This document shows, piece after piece, positions 9,836-19,409 of a stretch of 64,000 nt of DNA. The notes below the pieces were generated by a model that saw nothing but the letters and a program-made list of their open reading frames with translations, had not been told where the DNA came from and did no database searches. Numbering within the stretch: the first letter of the stretch is position 1; each line of letters starts with the position of its first letter. The position numbers were made by a program, and so were the translations under genes. The DNA comes from Candidatus Latescibacterota bacterium (lineage in GTDB: Bacteria > Latescibacterota > UBA2968 > UBA8231), in assembly GCA_965248355.1 (NCBI GenBank), contig OZ252098.1, forward strand, positions 3,680,001 to 3,744,000, in the 5' to 3' direction.

Positions 9836-11347
9836 TCATCCGTCCCCGGCCACCAGCTCCTTCGGTTCCGCCATCGTCGCAAGCCGCAGATCCTGCAGCG
9901 CCCGCTGGTAGGAGACCACGGCGTTCAGCGCAGAGGTGCGGGCCTGGGTGAGATCGGTCTGGGCGTCCAGGAGCTCCTGGCTGTTGGCCAGCCCGAGTTC
10001 GAAACGGCTCTGCTCCACCTCGAAGGTCCGCTCCGCCACCTCCAGGGCTGAGTTCAGCAGCCGGATCTGGCGCTCCGCCTCCTGCACCGAGCGCACCGCC
10101 TCCCTCACTTCGAGCACCACCTGCCGGCGCACCTGCTCCACCGTCAGCTCCAGCCGGCGCAGGTCGATCTCCGCCTGGCGCACGACGCCCCGGCGCCGCC
10201 CGCCGTCGACGAGAGGCAGCGCCACGCGGAGGTTCGCCGATATGAGGCTGCGCTCCAGCGTCCTCCCCACGTCGTCCGGGTCGGGGCCGCGGCCGGTCAG
10301 ATTGACCCGGGCGTTCAAAGAGGCCGACGGGCCCATGCTCTGGGCGATTCGCTTGAGGTCGATCCGGGCGATACGCTGCCGCAGGCGCTGCTGGTCCATG
10401 TCGGTGCGCCGCGCCAGGCCCATGGCGACTGCGGTCTCCTCGTCGACGGCCAGAATGGTGAAATCGACGCTGGTGCTGACGGCCAGAGGGGTATCCACGT
10501 CCATGGCCAGGACCTGGCGGAGGGCGTCGCGCCGGGACTCGATCCGCGTCTCCGCCTCGGCGTACTCCGCCTGGGCGCGCAACTCGTCCACCTCGAGGCG
10601 CAGCGCCTCGACCTCGGCGATCAGGCCGATCTCGAACTTGCGCTTGGCCAACTCCAGGGCCGCCTGGGACTGCTCCAGCCGCTGTTTCTGGATCTCGAGC
10701 TGGCGGGCGCCCTGGACCAGATCGTAGTAGGCGTTGACCACCCGGGTCTCGAGCTGCGCCTGTTGCCGCCGCAGGGCGGACCGTCCCGCGGCGTAGGAGA
10801 GCTCGGCCCCGCGCAACCGGAGTTCATCCTCGGGCTCGGTCAAGATCTCCTGCTCATAGGCGAAGCTCAGGTCGGCGCTGTACTCGCGGAAGTCCTGGCG
10901 CCGGTTGGAGCTGAAGTCGTTGCGGAATCCGGAGCCGATGATCGAGAACTCACCGATGTTCGGGAGCCTCTGGGACAGACTGACCCGGCCCTCGTAGTCG
11001 AGACGGGTGTCCTCCTGGCGGATGCGGGCCAACAGGGCTTCGTTGTCGATGATGTCCCGGCTCTCGCTGTAGCTGGGCAGGGTCAGGTCGGCGTTGACGT
11101 TGAGCTCGAAAGGAGAGCGGGCCTGGCGCAGGCGTTCCCTGCTGGCGACCAGAGCCCCCTGGTCGATCAGATGGTCGAGGTTGTTCCGATAGGCCAGCTG
11201 CAGGCACTGCGGAAGGGTGAGGGTGTCCGCCGGAGCGTCGGAGGAGCCGGGGGCCTCGGCCCCCGGAGTGGACGCGGGCGAGGTGAACTGGATCGCCAGG
11301 AAGGCACCGATGGCGTACCTCGCGGCGGATCTGCAAGAGGTTGGCAT
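9836..11347 (-). CDS. TolC-family outer-membrane efflux protein
   Basis: Signal peptide, LTLPQCLQLAYRNN, and two OEP repeats (KRKFEIGLI and SRFELGLANSQELLDAQ). Confidence 0.85.
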   Translation of the reverse strand: MPTSCRSAARYAIGAFLAIQFTSPASTPGAEAPGSSDAPADTLTLPQCLQLAYRNNLDHLIDQGALVASRERLRQARSPFELNVNADLTLPSYSESRDIIDNEALLARIRQEDTRLDYEGRVSLSQRLPNIGEFSIIGSGFRNDFSSNRRQDFREYSADLSFAYEQEILTEPEDELRLRGAELSYAAGRSALRRQQAQLETRVVNAYYDLVQGARQLEIQKQRLEQSQAALELAKRKFEIGLIAEVEALRLEVDELRAQAEYAEAETRIESRRDALRQVLAMDVDTPLAVSTSVDFTILAVDEETAVAMGLARRTDMDQQRLRQRIARIDLKRIAQSMGPSASLNARVNLTGRGPDPDDVGRTLERSLISANLRVALPLVDGGRRRGVVRQAEIDLRRLELTVEQVRRQVVLEVREAVRSVQEAERQIRLLNSALEVAERTFEVEQSRFELGLANSQELLDAQTDLTQARTSALNAVVSYQRALQDLRLATMAEPKELVAGDG

Positions 11348-11482
11348 ATCGTTCGATATAAGCAAATTGGTGGACTTCCTCAATCGTGAGGTCAGCTTGA
11401 CTTTTCGTCCTTGGCCCGTGTTGTTTTCCGCCCCGGGCAGGATTCGAGTGCCTCCCTCCCAACCCAAGTCGACCATGGGCGC

Positions 11483-12439
11483 ATGGCTCTGTACGTAGTC
11501 ACCGGTGGCGCAGGCTTCATCGGTTCGCATCTTGTGGAGGCTTTGCTCGCGCGCGGAGAACAGGTGCGCGTGTTCGACGATTTCTCCACGGGCAAGCGAG
11601 AAAACGTGGAGCCCTTCCTCGACCGGATCGAGTTGATCGAAGGGGACCTTCGCCGACTCGACGAGGTCCGCCGGGCCTTCGACGACGCCGACTACGTCCT
11701 GCACCAGGGAGCCCTGAGCTCGGTGCCTCGATCGGTCGACGACCCGCTGTCGACGAACGCCGTCAACGTGAGTGGCACCCTCAACGTTCTCCAGGCGGCG
11801 CGGGACTCGGGAGTGAAGCGCGTGGTGAACGCCTCGTCCTCCTCGGTGTACGGCGACCTCGACGACTTCCCCCTGCGGGAGGAAGCCGACACCAAACCGA
11901 TGTCTCCCTATGCGGTCTCGAAGCTGGCGGGGGAGAAGTACTGCGAGGTGTTCACCAGTCTCCATGGTCTGGAGACGGTCTCCCTGCGATACTTCAACGT
12001 CTTCGGTCCCCGCATGGATCCGATGTCGGACTACGCGGCCTTCGTGGCCATCTTCACGACCGGGCTGCTCGAGGGGCGGCCCCTGACGGTGTACGGCGAC
12101 GGCTCGATCTCCCGCGACTGGACCTACGTGGACAACGTGGTGGATGCCAACCTGCGCGCGGCCACGGCCGGGGAGGCTGCCGGCGAAGCCTTCAACGTCG
12201 CCTGCGGCGCCTGCTGGTCGCTGAACGAGGTCATCGACGTGCTGCGCACACTGACCGACGTGGCCGGTGACATCCGCTACGGACCGCAACGGCCGGGAGA
12301 CGTGCCCAAGACCCTCGCTTCCACGGACAAGGCGGGACGGCTGCTGGGCTACGAACCCGCGGTAGGAGCCCGAGAAGGCCTGGAGCGCACCGTGGCCTGG
12401 TACCGCGAGCTCTGCCGCAACGGCCGGCGAGGGGCCTGA
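11483..12439 (+). CDS. NAD-dependent nucleotide-sugar epimerase/dehydratase (WbpP/GalE-like SDR)
   Basis: Motifs VTGGAGFIGSHL, SVPRS, ASSSSVYG, YAVSK and LRYFNVFGPR. Confidence 0.92.
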   Translation: MALYVVTGGAGFIGSHLVEALLARGEQVRVFDDFSTGKRENVEPFLDRIELIEGDLRRLDEVRRAFDDADYVLHQGALSSVPRSVDDPLSTNAVNVSGTLNVLQAARDSGVKRVVNASSSSVYGDLDDFPLREEADTKPMSPYAVSKLAGEKYCEVFTSLHGLETVSLRYFNVFGPRMDPMSDYAAFVAIFTTGLLEGRPLTVYGDGSISRDWTYVDNVVDANLRAATAGEAAGEAFNVACGACWSLNEVIDVLRTLTDVAGDIRYGPQRPGDVPKTLASTDKAGRLLGYEPAVGAREGLERTVAWYRELCRNGRRGA

Positions 12440-12482
12440 GGGCCTCCGACAGCCATCCGCTCCCGTCACTTGGCCTGCGGCC

Positions 12483-12853
12483 ATGACGCCGCTCTCAGCC
12501 CTCCGTCATCCATCGGTTTCCCTTCGCGCCCGATTCGCCGGCCCGTACGATCCGGGCCTGGTGTTCATCCCGTCGCCGAACGATACCCACCAGGACCACC
12601 AGGCCGTCTCCCAGGAGGGCTTCCGGGCCTTCAGGAAGACCAGCCTCCTCGGCTACGAGGTCCCTGGAACAACCTGACCTTGCATACCAACGCCTTCTGC
12701 GTCGTCACCGAGGACCACCATGAGGCACTGAGGTGCTATTCCTCGCAGGTTGGCGGGCACTACGTCAACGACGAGTTCGTCCTGAGCTGGGACCGCACAC
12801 GTGGAGGGCTGATCGGCGAGAGCTTCGAGGTGATCCGATGGCGGCTCCTCTGA
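12483..12853 (+). pseudogene. PIG-L/LmbE-family deacetylase remnant (C-terminal half, frameshifted)
   Basis: VFIPSPNDTHQDHQAV..LLGYEV continues in another frame as PWNN...ALRCYSSQ...ESFEVIRW. There is a 1-nt loss in the C run at 12662-12664, and the N-terminal HxDD half is absent. Confidence 0.75.
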
Positions 12854-12891
12854 GCCTCTCCCGGATCCCCGTGCCGGCCTGACGCGCCCGG

Positions 12892-14064
12892 ATGGCCGTG
12901 GGAGCCAAGCGGGTTCTGTCTTGGTGGCGCCGCTTGGCCGCCAGGGTCGCCGCCGCGATCCTCGCCTCCGCGGCGGTCTTGATCCTGGCGGAGTTCCTGC
13001 TCCCCCACCTGGTCACCCTGGAGCGGGCGACCCTCCAATACGACCCCCTCCTCGGCTTTCGAGGGCGGTCCCACCTGAACATCCCCTGGACCCGGGAGAT
13101 GGGAGGGGGCCAGCGGCGGGTGAGGACCAACCGTCTCGGATTTCACGACCGCGAGCGCGCCATGGGCCCGCCCGCGGGCAGCTGCCGCCTCCTCTTTCTC
13201 GGCGATTCCTTCCTTGAAGCCTATCAGGCCGAAATCGAGGAGAACCTCTCACAACGCGTGGCGCGGACCCTCTCGCAACGCGGCAGGGGAAGGGTGGAGG
13301 CCCTCAACTGGGGCGTGCACGGCTACGGTCTGGGGTCCCACTTCCTCAACGTCCGCGAGCGCCTCGATGCCTGGAAACCGGACACGGTCGTGCTCGTCCT
13401 GTTTCTGGGAAACGACCTCCAGGACAACTACGCTCCCCTGGCATCGGCCTCGGTCCCCCGTTTCGAGCTGATGGGCGACTCCCTGGTCTACTCCCCGGCG
13501 CCCCCGTACACGCTGCGGTACTGGCTGCGCGACAACGTGCTGGCACGCTCCGCCACCGCCCGCCTGGTCTGGATGTACGGGGTCAAGACCCGCCCGGGAA
13601 TCGCGGCCCTGGCGCGCGAGGCGGGCATGATCGCCTCGCCGGAGGACAGGGCCACCGATGATCATCTGCAGGGGATGACCGCCGTCGCCGAGCGGCTCTT
13701 CGGGGGGATCGCGGCCCATCTGCGCCAACGGCGGATCGGCCTCTTCGTCTACCTGATCCCCGATCCCCTGCTGATCCGGGACGTCATCGACATCCGGCGC
13801 TATCGCCGGGACCCCGGCGCGCCCCGGCCCGTATTCCGCAGGGACAAGGGGCTCATCGAAGCCCGGGTGCTGGCCGCGCTGGCCCGGCTGCAGATCGATC
13901 ACGTTTATCCCCGGGAGCTCTTCATCGAGCACATCGAGGAGGGCCGGGAGATCTACAGGGGCGGCTACGGACACTTCACCGCCCTCGGCCACGAGCTGTC
14001 GGCGCAAACCCTCGCCGGGCGCCTCGACGCCAGGGCCGCCGGGGAGGCGGCCGGAACCAGATGA
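12892..14064 (+). CDS. SGNH/GDSL hydrolase family protein, membrane anchored
   Basis: N-terminal TM segment, then TNRLGFHD, LFLGDSF, NWGVHGYG, GND and GHFT. Confidence 0.8.
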   Translation: MAVGAKRVLSWWRRLAARVAAAILASAAVLILAEFLLPHLVTLERATLQYDPLLGFRGRSHLNIPWTREMGGGQRRVRTNRLGFHDRERAMGPPAGSCRLLFLGDSFLEAYQAEIEENLSQRVARTLSQRGRGRVEALNWGVHGYGLGSHFLNVRERLDAWKPDTVVLVLFLGNDLQDNYAPLASASVPRFELMGDSLVYSPAPPYTLRYWLRDNVLARSATARLVWMYGVKTRPGIAALAREAGMIASPEDRATDDHLQGMTAVAERLFGGIAAHLRQRRIGLFVYLIPDPLLIRDVIDIRRYRRDPGAPRPVFRRDKGLIEARVLAALARLQIDHVYPRELFIEHIEEGREIYRGGYGHFTALGHELSAQTLAGRLDARAAGEAAGTR

Positions 14065-14072
14065 GGAAACCC

Positions 14073-14204
14073 ATGCCGCCGTCCGCACAAGACCGACCAC
14101 AACTGCATCCTCACCTGATCGCCGCCGAGAGCCCAGAGAAGGAGGCGATCCTGGGGGGGACGGCGGAGAGCCTCTTCTTCCGCGGGCTCCCCTGGGCGAC
14201 ATGA
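14073..14204 (+). pseudogene. Collapsed amidohydrolase_2-family gene (43-aa skeleton)
   Basis: GAGG RBS and ATG. The peptide MPPSAQDRPQLHPHLIAAESPEKEAILGGTAESLFFRGLPWAT joins an N-terminal HxH motif to the family C-terminal motif (compare DREHILGGTAQKLYF in the paralog at 25409). Its stop overlaps the next ATG. Confidence 0.6.
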
Positions 14205-15199
14205 GCCCGGACGATCTGCTCGACCTGGCCGCGGTCGAGGAACGGTTCGACCGGGACGCCTTCCTCAGGGACGGGTACGCGATCTTCGAGGGAATCGTCA
14301 GGCCGACGTCCCGCGCGAAGTGGCTGGCGGCGCTGGAACGGGGACAGCTCCTCAACGACCGCCTGCTCCAGGCCGACTGGTCCGCCATCGACTGGCATGG
14401 ACTCGGCCGCCGCCCGCCGGCGGAGAGAGTCCCCGCCGAGAACCTGAGAGTGGCGCTCGGCGGCAGCCAGCAGGTGCCCCAGGCGACCGACGCCGCCGGG
14501 GTCCGCACCCTGAGGCTGCACTCGGTCTTCGCCGAGTACTTTCCCGCCGGTCACCTGCCGTTCCTGGCCGACATCCTCACGCACCCGGAAATGCTCGCCC
14601 TGCAACGCCTCTGCCTCCGCAGCGACGCCGTCTACTTCGATCACAGCCAGCTGCTATCCCGGAGCGCGGGATATTCCGGCGGCTCCTGGCACAGCCACCG
14701 GATCGGGGCCGGCTGCGACAGCGGCACCGTGGGGCCCACCGAGTACGACCGCCAGCCGAACCTTCTCCTCACCCTCTGCTATCTCAACGGCTTCGATGCC
14801 GACGACGGCGGCCTCAAGATCATCCGCGGCAGTCATCTGTTCCGCGACCCGGCTGGATGCTCGGCGCCGACGGATGACGAGATGGCACGCGGCTGGCTCG
14901 ACGGCCGGGTCCATCCGGTCACGGGAAGGCCCCTCGAGATGGAGCATCTCGTCCTGCCACCTGGCTCGGTGGTCTGCTGCCTTTCCCACGCCGCCCACGG
15001 AGTGGCGCCCAAGGCCGCCGGCCGGGAGACCCGCCTCTGCTCGCTCTTCTGCTATCGCAGGCCCGGGGGCGGCGGCCTCGCTCAGCCTCCCTGGGAGGTG
15101 CCCCCGGTCTGGGCCGTGAAGGCCCGGCGCGGGGAGCTTCCCCCCGTTCTGACGGAACTGCTCCGCCCCAGCTTCGACCGTCAGCTGACCCGGGGCTAG
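14201..15199 (+). CDS. Phytanoyl-CoA dioxygenase (PhyH)-family protein, HxH variant
   Basis: Motifs FLRDGYAIF, WHSH, DGGLKIIRGSHL and PPGSVV..SHAAHG. Confidence 0.75.
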   Translation: MSPDDLLDLAAVEERFDRDAFLRDGYAIFEGIVRPTSRAKWLAALERGQLLNDRLLQADWSAIDWHGLGRRPPAERVPAENLRVALGGSQQVPQATDAAGVRTLRLHSVFAEYFPAGHLPFLADILTHPEMLALQRLCLRSDAVYFDHSQLLSRSAGYSGGSWHSHRIGAGCDSGTVGPTEYDRQPNLLLTLCYLNGFDADDGGLKIIRGSHLFRDPAGCSAPTDDEMARGWLDGRVHPVTGRPLEMEHLVLPPGSVVCCLSHAAHGVAPKAAGRETRLCSLFCYRRPGGGGLAQPPWEVPPVWAVKARRGELPPVLTELLRPSFDRQLTRG

Positions 15200-15230
15200 A
15201 CCCGCCGAGACGGGGCCCGAAGCTCGGCAA

Positions 15231-15258
15231 TTGCCAATCCGGGAGAATTCCGTACATT
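15231..15258 (+). promoter_or_regulatory. Sigma-70-type promoter of csp
   Basis: TTGCCA-16 bp-TACATT about 180 nt upstream of csp, consistent with a long csp 5' UTR. Confidence 0.5.
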
Positions 15259-15438
15259 ATTCGTTCAAGCCGTCACGGGCCCGAGCTTCTCCCCTCGAAG
15301 GCGGTGGCGAGGAAACCGGGCGGCTTTGTCGAGTTGGCAGCAGCAGTTTGCGGTAACTGAAGTCAGTCCATCAAGCTTGAGTCCGTTGCGCGCTCTGTCC
15401 AACGCTTTGTTCCACCCTTCTTGCGAAGGAGCCAGTAA

Positions 15439-15651
15439 GTGGCCGAGCGCGAAGTCGGAACCGTAAAATGGTTCAACGACGCCAAGGGCTACGGCTTCAT
15501 TCAGCGGGCGAACGGCACCGATGTCTTCGTCCACCACTCCGCGATCCAGATGGATGGGTTCCGGACGCTGGCCGAGGGTCAGCAGGTGGAGTTCGACGTG
15601 GTGCAGGGTCAGAAAGGCCCGGCCGCTGAGCGGGTGACAGCCGCCCCCTAA
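15439..15651 (+). CDS. csp: Cold-shock protein (CspA family)
   Basis: [15 protein letters not shown] (RNP1) and DVFVHHSAI (RNP2). AAGGAG RBS. Confidence 0.96.
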   Translation: MAEREVGTVKWFNDAKGYGFIQRANGTDVFVHHSAIQMDGFRTLAEGQQVEFDVVQGQKGPAAERVTAAP

Positions 15652-15683
15652 GACGGGGCATGTCGCCCGGCGAAGTCCGAGCG

Positions 15684-15718
15684 AAGCGGGGTCGGTGGTC
15701 TCCACCGGCCCCGTTTTC
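15684..15718 (+). terminator. Intrinsic terminator between csp and hemF
   Basis: Hairpin AAGCGGGGTCGGTGG-tct-CCACCGGCCCCGTTT followed by T residues. Confidence 0.7.
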
Positions 15719-15756
15719 TCGTTACTGGCGGGGGCCGCCGGGCGGTGGGGCGCCGG

Positions 15757-16779
<1,023 letters not shown>

Positions 16780-16798
16780 TCACAGGAGACAGGCTCCC

Positions 16799-17785
16799 AT
16801 GCTGATCGGCACCCGCATCTCCCCGGACTGGCTCGAACGGCCCGACGACTTGCGTTTTCTCAAGCAGGTCGGCGTCGATGTCGTCGATATCACCATGTCC
16901 CTGGTCCCTGGGTACGACGAGACCGGCCGGCTCAGCCGCGATGGCGTCGAGCGGGCCGTCGAGCTGCTCGCCGCCGCCGACCTGCGCATCGAGCGCATCA
17001 ACAGCACGGGCGCCATGACCCGGAGGACCTTCCTCGGCCAGCCCGGCGCCGGGGAGGAGCTGGCCAACCTGGCCCACAACACCCGGGTCTGCTGCGACCT
17101 CGGCCTTCCCGTGCTCGGGGTGCAGTGCTTCCAGGCCGGCACCTTCGGCCACTCTCCGGGGCCCGGCTACAGCTGGGTCGAAGGCCGCGGCGGCTACCAG
17201 CACCTGCGCTCCGATCTGTCCGAGGCCCTGCGCAACCATCCCCCGCCTGTGGGCGCGCCCACGGCGGACCAGCTCTGGGAGCGCACGATCCGCATCTTCG
17301 AGCGGGTCGTGCCCATCGCCGAGAGCGGCGGCCTGCTGGTCGCCATGCACGGCAACGACCCGCCCGTGCCCGCCCTCTACGGCGTGCCCCAGATCCTCTA
17401 CGACTTCGACTGCTTCGACCGCCTGTTCCGGGAGATCGACTCGCCGAACATGGGCATGACCTTCTGTGTCGGAACCCGCTACGAGTCGGGGCAGGACGTG
17501 TTCGAGGGCATCCGCCGCTTCGGCGAACGCGGCAAAATCTTCCACGTCCACTTCCGCAACGTCCACGGCCGCATCCCGGTCGACGGCTGGTACGAGGAGC
17601 GAGCCCCGGACGAGGGCGACCTTTCCATGTTCGAGGTCGCCCGGGCCCTGCGGGAAGTGGGCTACGAGCGCGCCATCGATTACGACCACATCATGCGCCT
17701 GGTCGGAGACGAGGCCGGCAAGGCCTACATCGCCTTCTGCGTCGGCCACAGCAGGGGCATCCTCGAAGGGTTGCGCTCCGCGTGA
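16799..17785 (+). CDS. Mannonate dehydratase (UxuA)-family protein
   Basis: Motifs LWER..VVPIAE..AMHGNDPP, GMTFCVGT, KIFHVHFRNV, DEGD and DH. Confidence 0.75.
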   Translation: MLIGTRISPDWLERPDDLRFLKQVGVDVVDITMSLVPGYDETGRLSRDGVERAVELLAAADLRIERINSTGAMTRRTFLGQPGAGEELANLAHNTRVCCDLGLPVLGVQCFQAGTFGHSPGPGYSWVEGRGGYQHLRSDLSEALRNHPPPVGAPTADQLWERTIRIFERVVPIAESGGLLVAMHGNDPPVPALYGVPQILYDFDCFDRLFREIDSPNMGMTFCVGTRYESGQDVFEGIRRFGERGKIFHVHFRNVHGRIPVDGWYEERAPDEGDLSMFEVARALREVGYERAIDYDHIMRLVGDEAGKAYIAFCVGHSRGILEGLRSA

Positions 17786-19305
17786 GGATCGCCCTGGGCT
17801 CGGTGCTGACCGAGTGCAACCAGTTCGGGGGCTCGCCCATCGACCTCGACTGGTTCGCCCGCTACGAGCTGTGCCGGGGCGACGAGGTCCTCGGCCTGGA
17901 GGCCGGCGTCGTCGGGGGCGCGCTCCAGACCCTGCGCTCCGCCGGCGCCGGCGTCACCCCCCTGATCTCGGCCAGCACCTGCCCCGGCGGCTGCATCACC
18001 GCCGCCTGCTACCAGTATCTGCGCGCTGAGCTGCTCGGCCGGCTTTCCCGGGCCCTGCCCGTCGACGGGGTCCTGCTCGGCCTGCACGGAAGCGCCGTGG
18101 CCGAGGGCGTCGACGACGTCGAGGGGGACCTGATCTCGGCGGTGCGCGCCCTCGTCGGGCCCGAGGTCCCCGTGGTGGCCACCCTCGACCTGCATGCCCA
18201 CGTGACCCGCGCCATGGTCGAGAACACCCACGGCCTGGTGGCCTGGGCCACCTATCCGCACCGGGACTCCGCCGCCACCGGGGAGCGCGGGGCCCGCCTC
18301 CTGCTCGATACCGCCGCGGGGCTCTGCCGGCCGGCGATGGCCCTGGCCAAGGTGCCCGTCATCGTCGGCGGCATCAACGGCTCCACGGACGGCGGCGGCC
18401 CCTTCGCCCGCATGATGCGCGACCTCCGCCGCCGCGAAGGCGAGGACGGCGTCTTGTCGGCGAGCCTGTTCCTCGTGCATCCCTTCCTCGATCAGCCGGA
18501 CCTCGGCGGCGGCGGCCTGTTCGTCGTCGATGGCGACATGACCCGCGCCCGGCGCCTGGCGGTCGAGACGGCGCGGGACTACTGGCGCCACCGACACGAG
18601 CTCGAGGCCTCGGCCCTTTCCCCGGAGTTGGCGATTCGCGCCGGCCTTCAGACCCGCGGCCGGCCCGTGGTCCTGATCGAGGCCGCCGACTGCGCCGGCG
18701 GCGGTGCCTCCGGCGACAGCGTCGCCTCCCTGGCCGCCCTGCTGGCCCTCGACGACCCGCCCCCCGCCCTCGTGCCCGTGGTCGACCCGCAAGCGGCCGA
18801 AGCCTGTCACCGCGCCGGCCCCGGCGGGGAGATCTCCACCACCCTCGGCCACAAGCTCGACCCGGCCTGGGGCCGGCCGATACAGGTCCGCGGTCTCGTC
18901 GAGAGCCTGCACGACGGACGCTTCCGCTACACCGGCGGCATCTGGGACGGCGTGGACGGGGAGATGGGGCCTGCGGCCGTGCTTGCCATCGGGGCGGTGC
19001 GCGTGCTGGTCACCAGCCACGCCACCTACGACTGGGCCGACGAGCAGTGGCGGGCCGTCGGCATCGATCCCCGGCGGACGAAGTTCGTCGTTGCCAAGAA
19101 TCCGATGAACTTCCACAACGTCTATGACGACGTGGCCGCCGCCTTCCACGTCCTCGACACCCCGGGGCCGACGCCGGCCACGATCCGCAACCACCCCCTG
19201 CGGCACATGCCGCGCCCCTATTTTCCACTCGACGAGGACATCCCCGGCCTCGAGCCGACGGTATGGACGAACGCCGCCCTGCTGGCCGGGCTGCCCGCGA
19301 GCTGA
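17782..19305 (+). CDS. M81/MlrC-family metallopeptidase
   Basis: Motifs ECNQF, LHGS, DVEGD, LDLHAH, TYPHRD and GGGASGD. The GTG start overlaps the upstream TGA. Confidence 0.85.
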   Translation: MRIALGSVLTECNQFGGSPIDLDWFARYELCRGDEVLGLEAGVVGGALQTLRSAGAGVTPLISASTCPGGCITAACYQYLRAELLGRLSRALPVDGVLLGLHGSAVAEGVDDVEGDLISAVRALVGPEVPVVATLDLHAHVTRAMVENTHGLVAWATYPHRDSAATGERGARLLLDTAAGLCRPAMALAKVPVIVGGINGSTDGGGPFARMMRDLRRREGEDGVLSASLFLVHPFLDQPDLGGGGLFVVDGDMTRARRLAVETARDYWRHRHELEASALSPELAIRAGLQTRGRPVVLIEAADCAGGGASGDSVASLAALLALDDPPPALVPVVDPQAAEACHRAGPGGEISTTLGHKLDPAWGRPIQVRGLVESLHDGRFRYTGGIWDGVDGEMGPAAVLAIGAVRVLVTSHATYDWADEQWRAVGIDPRRTKFVVAKNPMNFHNVYDDVAAAFHVLDTPGPTPATIRNHPLRHMPRPYFPLDEDIPGLEPTVWTNAALLAGLPAS

Positions 19306-19349
19306 CCGGTTGGTCTCCCCCCGCGGCGTCGGTTAGCTTACGCCCCGCC

Positions 19350-19409
19350 ATGCGACTCGATCAGATCCTCTCTCGCCACCCGCGCCAGCCGCCGTCGAGG
19401 GCTGCATGA
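19350..19409 (+). other. 19-aa mini-ORF coupled to the downstream oxidoreductase (possible collapsed-gene remnant or uORF)
   Basis: MRLDQILSRHPRQPPSRAA. It starts 10 nt after a TAGCTT -10-like box and its TGA overlaps the next ATG. Confidence 0.35.

Noticed and set aside
11348..12484. 882-aa TolC ORF extending to 12484
   Set aside because: The extension is antisense to the SDR epimerase. The signal peptide begins at the ATG at 11347.
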